A stretch of 64,000 bases of DNA from positions 436,356,001 through 436,420,000 of the forward strand of contig OZ024740.1 of NCBI GenBank assembly GCA_964016885.1. Reading direction: 5' to 3'. Of the stretch, positions 14,701-28,300 are shown piece after piece. The DNA comes from Eledone cirrhosa (taxonomy: Eukaryota). Each line of letters starts with the position of its first letter. The stretch's first letter is position 1. A program made the position numbers and the translations under genes. Under the pieces are notes generated by a model that saw only the letters and a program-made list of their open reading frames with translations, was not told the origin of the DNA and did no database searches.

Positions 14701-17420
14701 CTCAGATATGGGAGCAGTGTCATTGTCTCAGATGTGAGAGCAGTGTCATTGTCTCAGATGTGGGAGCAGTGTCATTGTCTCAGATGTGAGAGCAGTGTCA
14801 TTGTCTCGGATGTGAGAGCAGTGTCATTGTCTTAGATGTGGGAGCAGTGTCTTTGTCTCAGATGTGAGAGCAGTGTCATTGTCTTAGATGTGGTAGCAGT
14901 GTCATTGTCTCAGATGTGAGAGCAGTGTCATTGTCTCGGATGTGAGAGCAGTGTTATTGTCTCAGATGTGGGAGCAGTCAGTGTCATTGTCTCAGATGTG
15001 AGAGCAGTGTATTTGTCTCAGATGTGAGAGCAGTGTCATTGTCTTAGATGTGGGAGCAGTGTCATTGTCTCAGATGTGAGAGCAGTGTCATTGTCTCAGA
15101 TGTGGGAGTAGTGTCATTGTCTCAGATGTGGTAGCAGTTTCATTGTCTCAGATGTGAGAGCAGTGTCATTGTCTCAGATGTGGGAGCAGTGTCATTGTCT
15201 CAGATGTGAGAGCAGTGTCATTGTCTCAGATGTGGGAGCAGTGACATTGTCTCAGATGTGGGAGCAGTGTCATTGTCTCAGATGTGAGAGCAGTGTCATT
15301 GTCTCAGATGTGAGAGCAGTGTCATTGTCTCAGATGTGAGAGCAGTGTCATTTTCTCAGATTTGAGAGCAGTGTCATTATCTCAGATGTGAGAGCAGTGT
15401 CATTGTCTTCGATGTAGGAGCAGTGTCATTGTCTCAGATGTGGGAGCAGTGTCATTGTCTCAGATGTGAGAGCAGTGTCATTCTCTCAGATTTGAGAGCA
15501 GTGTCAGTATCTCAGATGTGAGAGCAGTGTCATTGTCTCAGATGTATGAGCATTGTCATTGTCTCAGATGTGGGAGCAGTGTCATTGTCTCAGATGTAGG
15601 AGCAGTGTCATTGTCTCAGATGTGGGAGCAGAGTCATTGTCTCAGATATGGGAGCAGTGTCATTGTCTCAGATGTGAGAGCAGTGTCATTGTCTCAAATG
15701 TGAGAACAGTGTGATTGTCTCAGATGTGAGAGCAGTGTCATTATCTCAGATGTGAGAGCAGTGTCATTGTCTCAGATGTAGGAGCAGTGTCATTGTCTCA
15801 GATGTGAGAGTAGTGTCATTGTCTCAGATGTAGGAGCAGTGTCATTGTCTCAGATGTGGGAGCAGTGTCATTGTCTCAACTGTGAGAGCAGTGTCATTGT
15901 CTCTGATGTGAGAGCAGTGTCATTGTCTCAGATGTGGGAGCAGTGTCATAGTCTCAGATGTGGGAGCAGTGTCATTTCCTCAGATCTGAGAGCAGTGTCA
16001 TTGTCTCAGATGTGAGAGCAGTGTCATTGTCTCAGATGTGAGAGCAGTGTCATTGTCTCAGATGTAGGAGCAGTGACATTGTCTCAGATGTGGGAGCAGT
16101 GTCATTGTCTCAGATGTGAGAGCAGTGTCATTGTCTCTGATGTGAGAGCAGTGTCATTGTCTCAGATGTAGGAGCAGTGTCATTGTTTCAGATGTGAGAG
16201 CAGTGTCATTGTCTCAGTTGTGAGAGCAGTGTCATTGTCTCAGGTGTGGGAGCAGTGTCATTGTCTTAGATGTGAGAGCAGTGTCATTGTCTCAGATGTG
16301 GGGGCAGTGTCATTGTCTCAAATGTGGGAGCAGTGTCATTGTCTCAGATGTTAGAGCTGTGTCATTGTCTCAGATGTGGGAGCAGTGCCATTGTCTCAGA
16401 TGTGAGAGCAGTGTCATTGTCTCAGGTGTGAGAGCAGTGTCATTGTCTCAGGTGTGAGAGCAGTGTCATTGTCTCAGATGTGAGATAAGTGTCATTGTCT
16501 CAGATGTGTGAGCAGTGTCATTGTCTCAGATGTGAGATCAGTGTCATTGTCTCAGATATGAGAGCAGTATCATTGTCGCAGATGTGGGAGCAGTGTCATT
16601 GTCTCAGATATGAGAGCAGTGTCATTGTCTCAGATGTTAGAGCAGTGTCATTGTCTCAGATTTGAGAGCAGTGTCATTGTCTCAGATGTGGGAGCAATGT
16701 CATTGTCTCAGATGTGAGAGCAGTGTCATTGTCTCAGATGTGAGAGCAGTGTCATTGTCTCAGATGTGAGAGCCGTGTCATTCTCTCAGATTTGAGAGCA
16801 GTGTCATTATCTCAGATGTGAGAGCAGTGTCATTGTCTCAGATGTAGGAGCAGTGTCATTGTCTCAGATGTGGGAGCAGTGTCATTGTTTCAGATGTGAG
16901 AGCAGTGTCATTGTCTCAGATGTGGGAGCAGTGTCATTGTCTCAGATGTGGTAGCTGTGTCATTGTCTATGATGTGAGAGCAGCGTGATTGTCTCAAATA
17001 TGAGAGCAGTGTCATTGTCGCAGATGTTAGAGCAGTGTCATTGTCTCACATTTGAGAGCAGTGTCATTGTCTCAGATGTGGGAGCAGTGTCATTGTCTCA
17101 GATGTGAGAGCAGTGTCATTGTCTCAGATGTGAGAGCAGTGTCATTGTCTCAGATGTGGGAGCAGTGTCATTGTCTCAGATATGGTAGCAGTGTCATTGT
17201 CTCAGATGTGAGAGCAGTGTCATTGTCTCAGATGTGAGAGCAGTGTCATTGTCTCAGATGTGAGAGAAGTGTCATTGTCTCAGATGTGGGAGCAGTGTCA
17301 TTGTCTCAGATGTGAGAGCAGTGTCATTGTCTCAGATGTGGGAGCAGTGTCATTGTCTCAGATGTGGGAGCAGTGTCATAGTCTCAGATGTGAGAACAGT
17401 GTCATTGTCTCAGATGTGAG
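5790..17420. repeat. Three tandem copies of a ~4.19-kb higher-order unit; the middle copy lacks ~914 bp
   Basis: ORF offsets 6211->10401 = 4190, 10401->13677 = 3276, 7714->10990 = 3276, 10990->15154 = 4164, 6211->13677 = 7466. The rare marker CTCAGATCTGAG is at 8539, 11815 and 15979. Confidence 0.85.
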
Positions 17421-20400
17421 AGCAGTGTCATTGTCTCAGATATGGGAGCAGTGTCATTGTCTCAGTTGTGAGAGCAGTGTCATTGTCTCAGGTGTGGGAG
17501 CAGTGTCATTGTCTCAGATGTGAGAGCAGTGTCATTGTCTCAGATGTGGGGGCAGTGTCATTGTCTCAAATGTGGGAGCAGTGTCATTGTCTCAGATGTT
17601 AGAGCTGTGTCATTGTCTCAGACGTGAGAGCAGTGTCATTGTCTCAGATGTGGGAGCAGTGTCATTGTCTCAGATGTGAGAGCAGTGTCATTGTCTCAGA
17701 TGTGGGAGCAGTGTCATTGTCTCAGATGTGAGAGCAGTGTCATTGTCTCAGATGTGGGAGCATTGTCATTGTCTCAGATGTGAGAGCAGTGTCATTGTCT
17801 CAGGTGTGAGAGCAGTGTCATTGTCTCAGGTGTGAGAGCAGTGTCATTGTCTCAGATGTGAGATAAGTGTCATTGTCTCAGATGTGTGAGCAGTGTCATT
17901 GTCTCAGATGTGAGATCAGTGTCATTGTCTCAGATATGAGAGCAGTATCATTGTCGCAGATGTGGGAGCAGTGTCATTGTCTCAGATATGAGAGCAGTGT
18001 CATTGTCTCAGATGTTAGAGCAGTGTCATTGTCTCAGATTTGAGAGCAGTGTCATTGTCTCAGATGTGGGAGCAATGTCATTGTCTCAGATGTGAGAGCA
18101 GTGTCATTGTCTCAGATGTGAGAGCAGTGTCATTGTCTCAGATGTGAGAGCAGTGTCATTCTCTCAGATTTGAGAGCAGTGTCATTATCTCAGATGTGAG
18201 AGCAGTGTCATTGTCTCAGATGTAGGAGCAGTGTCATTGTCTCAGATGTGGGAGCAGTGTCATTGTCTCAGATGTGAGAGCAGTGTCATTGTCTCAGATG
18301 TGGGAGCAGTGACATTGTCTCAGATGTGGTAGCTGTGTCATTGTCTATGATGTGAGAGCAGCGTGATTGTCTCAAATATGAGAGCAGTGTCATTGTCGCA
18401 GATGTTAGAGCAGTGTCATTGTCTCACATTTGAGAGCAGTGTCATTGTCTCAGATGTGGGAGCAGTGTCATTGTCTCAGATGTGAGAGCAGTGTCATTGT
18501 CTCAGATGTGGGAGCAGTGACATTGTCTCAGATGTGGGAGCAGTGTCATTGTCTCAGATGTGAGAGCAGTGTCATTGTCTCAGATGTGAGAGCAGTGTCA
18601 TTGTCTCAGATTTGAGAGCAGTGTCATTATCTCAGATGTGAGAGCAGTGTCATAGTCTCAGATGTAGGAGCAGTGTCATTGTCTCAGATGTGGGAGCAGT
18701 GTCATTGTCTCAGATATAGGAGCAGTGTCATTATTCTCAGATGTGGGAGCAGTGTCATTGTCTCAGATGTGAGAGAAGTGTCATTGTCTCAGATGTGGTA
18801 GCAATGTCATTGTCTCAGATGTGGGAGCAGTGTCATTGTCTCACATGTTAGAGCAGTCAGTGTCATTGTCTCAGATGTGAGAGCAGTGTCATTGTCTTAG
18901 ATGTGGGAGCAGTGTCTTTGTCTCAGATGTGAGATCAGTGTCATTGTCTTAGATGTGGGAGCAGTGTCATTGTCTCAGATGTGGGAGCAGTGTCATTGTC
19001 TCAGATGTGGGAGCAGTCTCATTGTCTCAGATGTGAGAGCAGTGTCATTGTCTCAGATGTTAGAGCAGTGTCATTGTCTCACATTTGAGAGCAGTGTCAT
19101 TGTCCCAGATGTGAGAGCAGTGTCATTGTCTCAGATGTGGGAGCAGTGTCATTGTCTCAGATGTGAGAGCAGTGTCATTGTCTCAGATGTGAGAGCAGTG
19201 TCATTGTCTCAGATGTGAGAGCAGTGTCATTGTATCAGATGTGAGAGCAGTGTCATTGTCTCAGATGTGAGAGAAGTGTCATTGTCTCAGATGTGGGAGC
19301 AATGTCATTGTCTCAGATGTGGGAGCAGTGTCATTGTCTCACATGTTAGAGCAGTCAGTGTCATTGTCTCAGATGTGAGAGCAGTGTCATTGTCTCAGAT
19401 GTGGGAGCAGTGTCATTGTCTCAGATGTGGGAGCAGTGTCATTGTCTCAGATGTGGGAGCAGTGTCATTGTCTCAGATGTGAGAGCAGTGTCTTTGTCTC
19501 AGATGTGAGAGCAGTGTCATTGTCTTAGATGTGGAAGCAGTGTCATTGTCTCAGATTTGAGGGCAGTGTCATTGTCTCAGATGTGGGAGCAGTGTCATTG
19601 TCTCAGATGTGGGAGCAGTGTCATTGTCTCAGATGTGGGAGCAGTGTTATTGTCTCAGTTGTGAGAGCAGTGTCATCGTCACAGATGTGGGAGCAGTGTC
19701 ATTGTCTCAGATGTGAGAGCAGTGTCATTGTCTCAGATGTGGGAGCAGTGTCATTGTCACAGATGTGGGAGCGGTGTCATTGTCTCAGATGTGAGAGCAG
19801 TGTCATTGTCTCAGATGTGAGAGCAGTGTCATTGTCTCAGATGTGAGAGCAGTGTCATTGTCTCAGATGTGGGAGCAGTGTCATTGTCTCAGATGTGAGA
19901 GCAGTGTCATTGTCTCAGATGTGGGAGCAGTGTCATCGTCTCAGATGTGGGTGCAGTGTCATTGTCTCAGATGTGGGAGCAGTGTCATTGTCTCAGATGT
20001 GAGAGCAGTGTCATTGTCTCAGATGTGGGAGCAGTGTCATTGTCTAAGATGTGAGAGCAGTGTCATTGTCTCACATGTGGGAGCAGTGTCATTGTCTCAG
20101 ATGTGAGAGCAGTGTCATTGTCTCAGATGTTGGAGCAGTGTCATTGTATAAGATGTGGTAGCAGTGTCATTGTCTCAGATGTGAGAGCAGTGTCATTGTC
20201 TCAGATGTGTGAGCAGTGTCATTGTCTCAGATGTGAGAGTAGTGTTATTGTCTCAGATGTGGGAGCAGTGTCATTGTCTCAGATGTTAGAGCAGTCAGTG
20301 TCATTGTCTCAGATGTGAGAGCAGTGTCTTTGTCTCAGATGTGAGAGCAGCGTCATTGTCTCAGATGTGGGAGCAGTGTCATTGTCTCAGATGTGAGAGC

Positions 20401-23400
20401 AGTGTCTTTGTCTCAGATGTGAGAGCAGTGTCATTGTCTTAGATGTGGGAGCAGTGTCATTGTCTCAGATTTGAGAGCAGTGTCATTGTCTCAGATGTGG
20501 GAGCAGTGTCATTGTCTCAGATGTGGGAGCAGTGTTATTGTCTCAGTTGTGAGAGCAGTGTCATCGTCACAGATGTGGGAGCAGTGTCATTGTCTCAGAT
20601 GTGAGAGCAGTGTCATTGTCTCAGATGTGGGAGCAGTGTCATTGTCTCAGATGTGGGAGCAGTGTTATTGTCTCAGTTGTGAGAGCAGTGTCATCGTCAC
20701 AGATGTGGGAGCAGTGTCATTGTCTCAGATATGAGAGCAGTGTCATTGTCTCAGATGTGGGAGCAGTGTCATTGTCACAGATGTGGGAGCGGTGTCATTG
20801 TCTCAGATGTGAGAGCAGTGTCATTGTCTCAGATGTGAGAGCAGTGTAACTGTCTCAGATGTGAGAACAGTGTCATTGTCTCAGATGTGGGAGCAGTGTC
20901 ATTGTCTCAGATGTGAGAGCAGTGTCATTGTCTCAGATGTGGGTGCAGTGTCATTGTCTCAGATGTGGGAGCAGTGTCATTGTCTCAGATGTGAGAGCAG
21001 TGTCATTGTCTCAGATGTGGGAGCAGTGTCATTGTCTCAGATGTGGGAGCAGTGTTATTGTCTCAGTTGTGAGAGCAGTGTCTTCGTCACAGATGTGGGA
21101 GCAGTGTCATTGTCTCAGATGTGAGAGCAGTGTCATTGTCTCAGATGTGGGAGCAGTGTCATTGTCACAGATGTGGGAGCGGTGTCATTGTCTCAGATGT
21201 GAGAGCAGTGTCATTGTCTCAGATGTGAGAGCAGTGTAATTGTCTCAGATGTGAGAACAGTGTCATTGTCTCAGATGTGGGAGCAGTGTCATTGTCTCAG
21301 ATGTGAGAGCAGTGTCATTGTCTCAGATGTGGGTGCAGTGTCATTGTCTCAGATGTGGGAGCAGTGTCATTGTCTCAGATGTGAGAGCAGTGTCATTGTC
21401 TCAGATGTGGGAGCAGTGTCATTGTCTAAGATGTGAGAGCAGTGTCATTGTCTCACATGTGGGAGCAGTGTCATTGTCTCAGATGTGAGAGCAGTGTCAT
21501 TGTCTCAGATGTGGGATCAGTGTCATTGTCTCAGATGTGGTAGCAGTGTCATTGTCTCAGATGTGGGAGCAGTGTCATTGCTTCAGATGTGAGAGCAGTG
21601 TCATTGTCTAAGATGTGAGAGCATTGTCATTGTCTCAGATGTGGGAGCAGTGTCATTGTCTCAGATGTGAGAGTAGTGTCATTGTCTCAGATGTGAGAGC
21701 AGTGTCATTGTCTCAGATGTGGTAGCAGTGTCATTGTCTCAGATGTGAGAGCAGTGTCATTGTCTCAGATGTGGGAGCAGTGACATTGTCTCAGATGTGA
21801 GAGTAGTGTTATTGTATCAGATGTGGGAGCAGTGTCATTGTCTCAGATGTGGGAGCAGTGTCATTGTCTCAGATGTGGGAGCAGTGTCATTGTCTCAGAT
21901 GTGGGAGCAGTGTCATTGTCTCAGATGTGAGAGCAGTGTCATTGTCTCAGATGTCGGAGCAGTGTCATTGTCTCAGATGTGGGTGCAGTGTCATTGTCTC
22001 AGATGTGGGGCAGTGTCATTGTCTCAGATGTGAGAGCAGTGTCATTGTCTCAGATGTGGGAGCAGTGTCATTGTCTAAGATGTGAGAGCAGTGTCATTGT
22101 CTCAGATGTGGGAGCAGTGTCATTGTCACAGATGTGGGAGCGGTGTCATTGTCACAGATGTGGGAGCAGTGTCATTGTCTCAGATGTGAGAGCAGTGTAA
22201 TTGTCTCAGATGTGAGAACAGTGTCATTGTCTCAGATGTGGGAGCAGTGTCATTGTCTCAGATGTGAGAGCAGTGTCATTGTCTCAGATGTGGGTGCAGT
22301 GTCATTGTCTCAGATGTGGGAGCAGTGTCATTGTCTCAGATGTGAGAGCAGTGTCATTGTCTCAGATGTGGGAGCAGTGTCATTGTCTAAGATGTGAGAG
22401 CAGTGTCATTGTCTCACATGTGGGAGCAGTGTCATTGTCTCAGATGTGAGAGCAGTGTCATTGTCTCAGATGTGGGATCAGTGTCATTGTCTCAGATGTG
22501 GTAGCAGTGTCATTGTCTCAGATGTGGGAGCAGTGTCATTGTCTCAGATGTGAGAGCAGTGTCATTGTCTAAGATGTGAGAGCAGTGTCATTGTCTCAGA
22601 TGTGGGAGCAGTGTCATTGTCTCAGATGTGAGAGTAGTGTCATTGTCTCAGATGTGAGAGCAGTGTCATTGTCTCAGATGTGAGAGCAGTGTCATTGTCT
22701 CAGATGTGAGAGTAGTGTTATTGTATCAGATGTGGGAGCAGTGTCATTGTCTCAGATGTGGGAGCAGTGTCATTGTCTCAGATGTGGGAGCAGTGTCATT
22801 GTCTCAGATGTGGGAGCAGTGTCATTGTCTCAGATGTGAGAGCAGTGTCATTGTCTCAGATGTGGGAGCAGTGTCATTGTCTCAGATGTGGGTGCAGTGT
22901 CATTGTCTCATATGTGGGAGCAGTGTCATTGTCTCAGATGTGAGAGCAGTGTCATTGTCTCAGATGTGGGAGCAGTGTCATTGTCTAAGATGTGAGAGCA
23001 GTGTCATTGTCTCACATGTGGGAGCAGTGTCATTGTCTCAGATGTGAGAGCAGTGTCATTGTCTCAGATGTGGGAGCAGTGTCATTGTCTCAGATGTGGT
23101 AGCAGTGTCATTGTCTCAGATGTGAGAGCAGTGTCATTGTCTCAGATGTGTGAACAGTGTCATTGTCTCAGATGTGAGAGTAGTGTTATTGTCTCAGATG
23201 TGGGAGCAGTGTCATTGTCTCAGATGTTAGAGCAGTCAGTGTCATTGTCTCAGATGTGAGAGCAGTGTCTTTGTCTCAGATGTGAGAGCAGTGTCATTGT
23301 CTCAGATGTGGGAGCAGTGTCATTGTCTCAGATGTGAGAGCAGTGTCTTTGTCTCAGATGTGAGAGCAGTGTCATTGTCCTAGATGTGGGAGCAGTGTCA

Positions 23401-25399
23401 TTGTCTCAGATTTGAGAGCAGTGTCATTGTCTCAGATGTGGGAGCAGTGTCATTGTCTCAGATGTGGGAGCAGTGTCATTGTCTCAGATGTGGGGGCAGT
23501 GTCATTGTCTCAGATGTGAGAGCAGTGTAATTGTCTCAGATGTGAGAACAGTGTCATTGTCTCAGATGTGGGACCAGTGTCATTGTCTCAGATGTGAGAG
23601 CAGTGTCATTGTCTCAGATGTGGGTGCAGTGTCATTGTCTCAGATGTGGGAGCAGTGTCATTGTCTCAGATGTGAGAGCAGTGTCATTGTCTCAGATGTG
23701 GGAGCAGTGTCATTGTCTAAGATGTGAGAGCAGTGTCATTGTCTCACATGTGGGAGCAGTGTCATTGTCTCAGATGTGAGAGCAGTGTCATTGTCTCAGA
23801 TGTGGGATCAGTGTCATTGTCTCAGATGTGGTAGCAGTGTCATTGTCTCAGATGTGGGAGCAGTGTCATTGTCTCAGATGTGAGAGCAGTGTCATTGTCT
23901 CAGATGTGAGAGCAGTGTCATTGTCTCAGATGTGGGAGCAGTGTCATTATCTCAGATGTGAGAGTAGTGTCATTGTCTCAGATGTGAGAGCAGTGTCATT
24001 GTCTCAGATGTGAGAGCAGTGTCATTGTCCCCAGATGTGGTAGCAGTGTCATTGTCTCAGATGTGAGAGCAGTGTTATTGTATCAGATGTGGGAGCAGTG
24101 TCATTGTCTCAGATGTGAGAGTAGTGTTATTGTATCAGATGTGGGAGCAGTGTCATTGTCTCAGATGTTTGAGCAGTCAGTGTCATTGTCTCAGATGTGA
24201 GAGCAGTGTCTTTGTCTCAGATGTGAGAGCAGTGTCATTGTCTCAGATGTGGGGGCAGTGTCATTGTCTCAGATGTGAGAGCAGTGTCATTGTCTCAGAT
24301 GTGGGAGCAGTGTCATTGTCTCAGATGTGGGAGCAGTGTCATTGTCTCAGATGTGGGAGCAGTGTTATTGTCTCAGTTGTGAGAGCAGTGTCATTGTCTC
24401 AGATGTGGGAGCAGTGTCATTGTCTCAGATATGGGAGCAGTGAAATTTTCTCAGATGTGAGAGCAGTGTCATTGTCTCGAATGTGAGAACAGTGTCATTG
24501 TCTCAGATGTGAGAGCAGTGTCATTGTCTCAGATGTGGGAGCAGTGTCATTGTCTCAGATGTGAGAGCAGTGTCTTTGTCTCAGATGTGAGAGCAGTGTC
24601 ATTGTCTCAGATGTGGGAGCAGTGTCATTGTCTCAGATGTGAGAGCAGTGTCTTTGTCTCAGATGTGAGAGCAGTGTCATTGTCTTAGATGTGGGAGCAG
24701 TGTCATTGTCTCAGATTTGAGAGCAGTGTCATTGTCTCAGATGTGGGAGCAGTGTCATTGTCTCAGATGTGGGAGCAGTGTCATTGTCTCAGATGTGGGA
24801 GCAGTGTCATTGTCTCAGATGTGGGAGCAGTGTTATTGTCTCAGTTGTGAGAGCAGTGTCATTGTCTCAGATGTGGGAGCAGTGTCATTGTCTCAGATAT
24901 GGGAGCAGTGAAATTTTCTCAGATGTGAGAGCAGTGTCATTGTCTTAGATGTGGGAGCAGTGTCATTGTCTCACATTTGAGAGCAGTGTCATTGTCTCAG
25001 ATGTGGGAGCAGTGTCATTGTCTCAGATGTGGGAGCAGTGTCATTGTCTCAGATGTGGGAGCAGTGTCATTGTCTCAGATGTGGGAGCAGTGTTATTGTC
25101 TCAGTTGTGAGAGCAGTGTCATTGTCTCAGATGTGGGATCAGTGTCATTGTCTCAGATATGGGAGCAGTGAAATTTTCTCAGATGTGAGAGCAGTGTCAT
25201 TGTCTCGAATGTGAGAACAGTGTCATTGTCTCAGATGTGAGAGCAGTGTCATTGTCTCAGATATGGGAGCAGTGTCATTGTCTCAGATGTGAGAGCAGTG
25301 TCTTTGTCTCAGATGTGAGAGCAGTGTCATTGTCTCAGATGTGGGAGCAGTGTCTTTGTCTCAGATGTGAGAGCAGTGTCTTTGTCTCAGATGTGAGAG

Positions 25400-28300
25400 C
25401 AGTGTCATTGTCTTAGATGTGGGAGCAGTGTCATTGTCTCAGATTAGAGAGCAGTGTCATTGTCTCAGATGTGGGAGCAGTGTCATTGTCTCAGATGTGG
25501 GAGCAGTGTCATTGTCTCAGATGTGGGAGCAGTGTCATTGTCTCAGATGTGAGAGCAGTGTCATTGTCTCAGATGTTAGAGCAGTGTCATTGTCTCACAT
25601 TTGAGAGCTGTGTCATTGTCCCAGATGTGAGAGCAGTGTCATTGTCTCAGATGTGGGAGCAGTGTCATTGTCTCAGATGTGAGAGCAGTGTCATTTCTCA
25701 GATGTGAGAGCAGTGTCATTGTCTCAGATGTGAGAGAAGTGTCATTGTTTCAGATGTGGGAGCAATGTCATTGTCTCAGATGTGGGAGCAGTGTCATTGT
25801 CGCACATGTTAGAGCAGTGTCATTGTCTCAGATGTGGGAGCAGTGTCATTGTCTCAGATGTGAGAGCAGTGTCATTGTCACAGATGTGAGAGCAGTGTCA
25901 TTGTCTCAGATGTGAGAGCAGTGTCATTGTCTCAGATGTGGGAGCAGTGTCATTGTCTCAGATGTGGGAGCAGTGTCATTGTCTCAGATGTGAGAGCAGT
26001 GTCATTGTCTCCGATATGAGAGCAGTGTCGTTGTCTCAGATGTGGGAGCAGTGTCATTGTCACAGATGTGGGAGCAGTGTCATTGTCTCAGATGTGAGAG
26101 CAGTGTCATTGTCTCAGCTGTGAGAGCAGTGTCATGTGTCTCAGATGTGAGAGCAGTGTAATTGTCTCAGATGTTAGAGCAGTGTCATTGTCTCACATTT
26201 GAGAGCAGTGTCATTGTCTCACATTTGAGAGCAGTGTCATTGTCTCAGATGTGAGAGCAGTGTCATTGTCTCAGATGTGAGAGCAGTGTCATTGTCTCAG
26301 ATGTGAGAGAAGTGTCATTGTCTCAGATGTGGGAGCAGTGTCATTGTCTCAGATGTAGGAGCAGTGTCATTGTCTCAGATGTTAGAGCAGTGTCATTGTC
26401 TCAGATGTGAGAGCAGTGTCATTTTTTCAGATGTGAGAGCAGTATCATTGTCTCAGATGTGGGAGCAGTGTCACTGTCTCAAATGTGAGAGCAGTGTCAT
26501 TGTCTCAGATATGGGAGCAGTGTCATTGTCGCAGATGTGAGAGCAGTGTCATTGTCTCAAATGTGAGAACAGTGTGATTGTCTCAGATGTGAGAGCAGTG
26601 TCATTGTCTAAGATGTGGGAGCAGTGTCATTGTCTCAGATGTGGGAGCAGTGCCATTGTCTCAGATGTGAGAGCAGTGTCATTGTCTCAGATGTAGGATC
26701 AGTGTCATTGTCTCAGATGTGGGAGCAGTGTCATTGTCTCAGATGTGAGAGCAGTGTCATTGTCTCAGATGTGACAGCAGTGTCATTGTCTCAGATGTGA
26801 GAGCAGTGTCATTGTCTCAGATGTGGGAGCAGTGTCATTGTCTCAGATGTGGGAGCAGTGTCATTGTCTAAGATGTGAGAGCAGTGTCATTGTCTCACAT
26901 GTGGGAGCAGTGTCATTGTCTCAGATGTGAGAGCAGTGTCATTGTCTCAGATGTGGGATCAGTGTCATTGTCTCAGATGTGGTAGCAGTGTCATTGTCTC
27001 AGATGTGGGAGCAGTGTCATTGTCTCAGATGTGAGAGCAGTGTCATTGTCTCAGATGTGGGAGCAGTGTCATTGTCTCAGATGTGAGAGTAGTGTTATTG
27101 TATCAGATGTGGGAGCAGTGTCATTGTCTCAGATGTGGGAGCAGTGTCATTGTCTCAGATGTGGGAGCAGTGTCATTGTCTCAGATGGGGGAGCAGTGTC
27201 ATTGTCTAAGATGTGAGAGCAGTGTCATTGTCTCACATGTGGGAGCAGTGTCATTGTCTCAGATGTGAGAGCAGTGTCATTGTCTCAGATGTGGGATCAG
27301 TGTCATTGTCTCAGATGTGGTAGCAGTGTCATTGTCTCAGATGTGGGAGCAGTGTCATTGTCTCAGATGTGAGAGCAGTGTCATTGTCTAAGATGTGAGA
27401 GCAGTGTCATTGTCTCAGATGTGGGAGCAGTGTCATTGTCTCAGATGTGAGAGTAGTGTCATTATCTCAGATGTGAGAGCAGTGTCATTGTCTCAGATGT
27501 GAGAGCAGTGTCATTGTCTCAGATGTGGTAGCAGTGTCATTGTCTCAGATGTGAGAGCAGTGTCATTATCTCAGATGTGGGAGCAGTGTCATTGTCTCAG
27601 ATGTGAGAGTAGTGTTATTGTATCAGATGTGGGAGCAGTGTCATTGTCTCAGATGTGGGAGCAGTGTCATTGTCTCAGATGTGGGAGCAGTGTCATTGTT
27701 TCAGATGTGGGAGCAGTGTCATTGTCTCAGATGTGAGAGCAGTGTCATTGTCTCAGATGTGGGAGCAGTGTCATTGTCTCAGATGTGGGTGCAGTGTCAT
27801 TGTCTCAGATGTGGGAGCAGTGTCATTGTCTCAGATGTGAGAGAAGTGTCATTGTCTCAGATGTGGGAGCAGTGTCATTGTCTCAGATGTGGGAGCAGTG
27901 TTATTGTCTCAGTTGTGAGAGCAGTGTCATTGTCTCAGATGTGAGAGCAGTGTCTTTGTCTCAGATGTGAGAGCAGTGTCATTGTCTTAGATGTGGGAGC
28001 AGTGTCATTGTCTCAGATTTGAGAGCAGTGTCATTGTCTCAGATGTGGGAGCAGTGTCATTGTCTCAGATGTGGGAGCAGTGTCATTGTCTCAGATATGG
28101 GAGCAGTGAAATTTTCTCAGATGTGAGAGCAGTGTCATTGTCTCGAATGTGAGAACAGTGTCATTGTCTCAGATGTGAGAGCAGTGTCATTGTCTCAGAT
28201 GTGGGAGCAGTGTCATTGTCTCAGATGTGAGAGCAGTGTCTTTGTCTCAGATGTGAGAGCAGTGTCATTGTCTCAGATGTGGGAGCAGTGTCATTGTCTC

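Larger units (their letters stand above)
1..18700. repeat. Satellite subfamily domain A
   Basis: Diagnostic variants seen only or mostly here: CATTCTCTCAGATTTG, CAGGGTCATTATC (e.g. 1651, 6001), CAGCGTCA(A/T)T, TTTTTCTGATG, CTCAACTGTG, TTTCCTCAGATCTGAG, GTCTATGATG..CAGCGTGATT. Boundary approximate. Confidence 0.75.
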
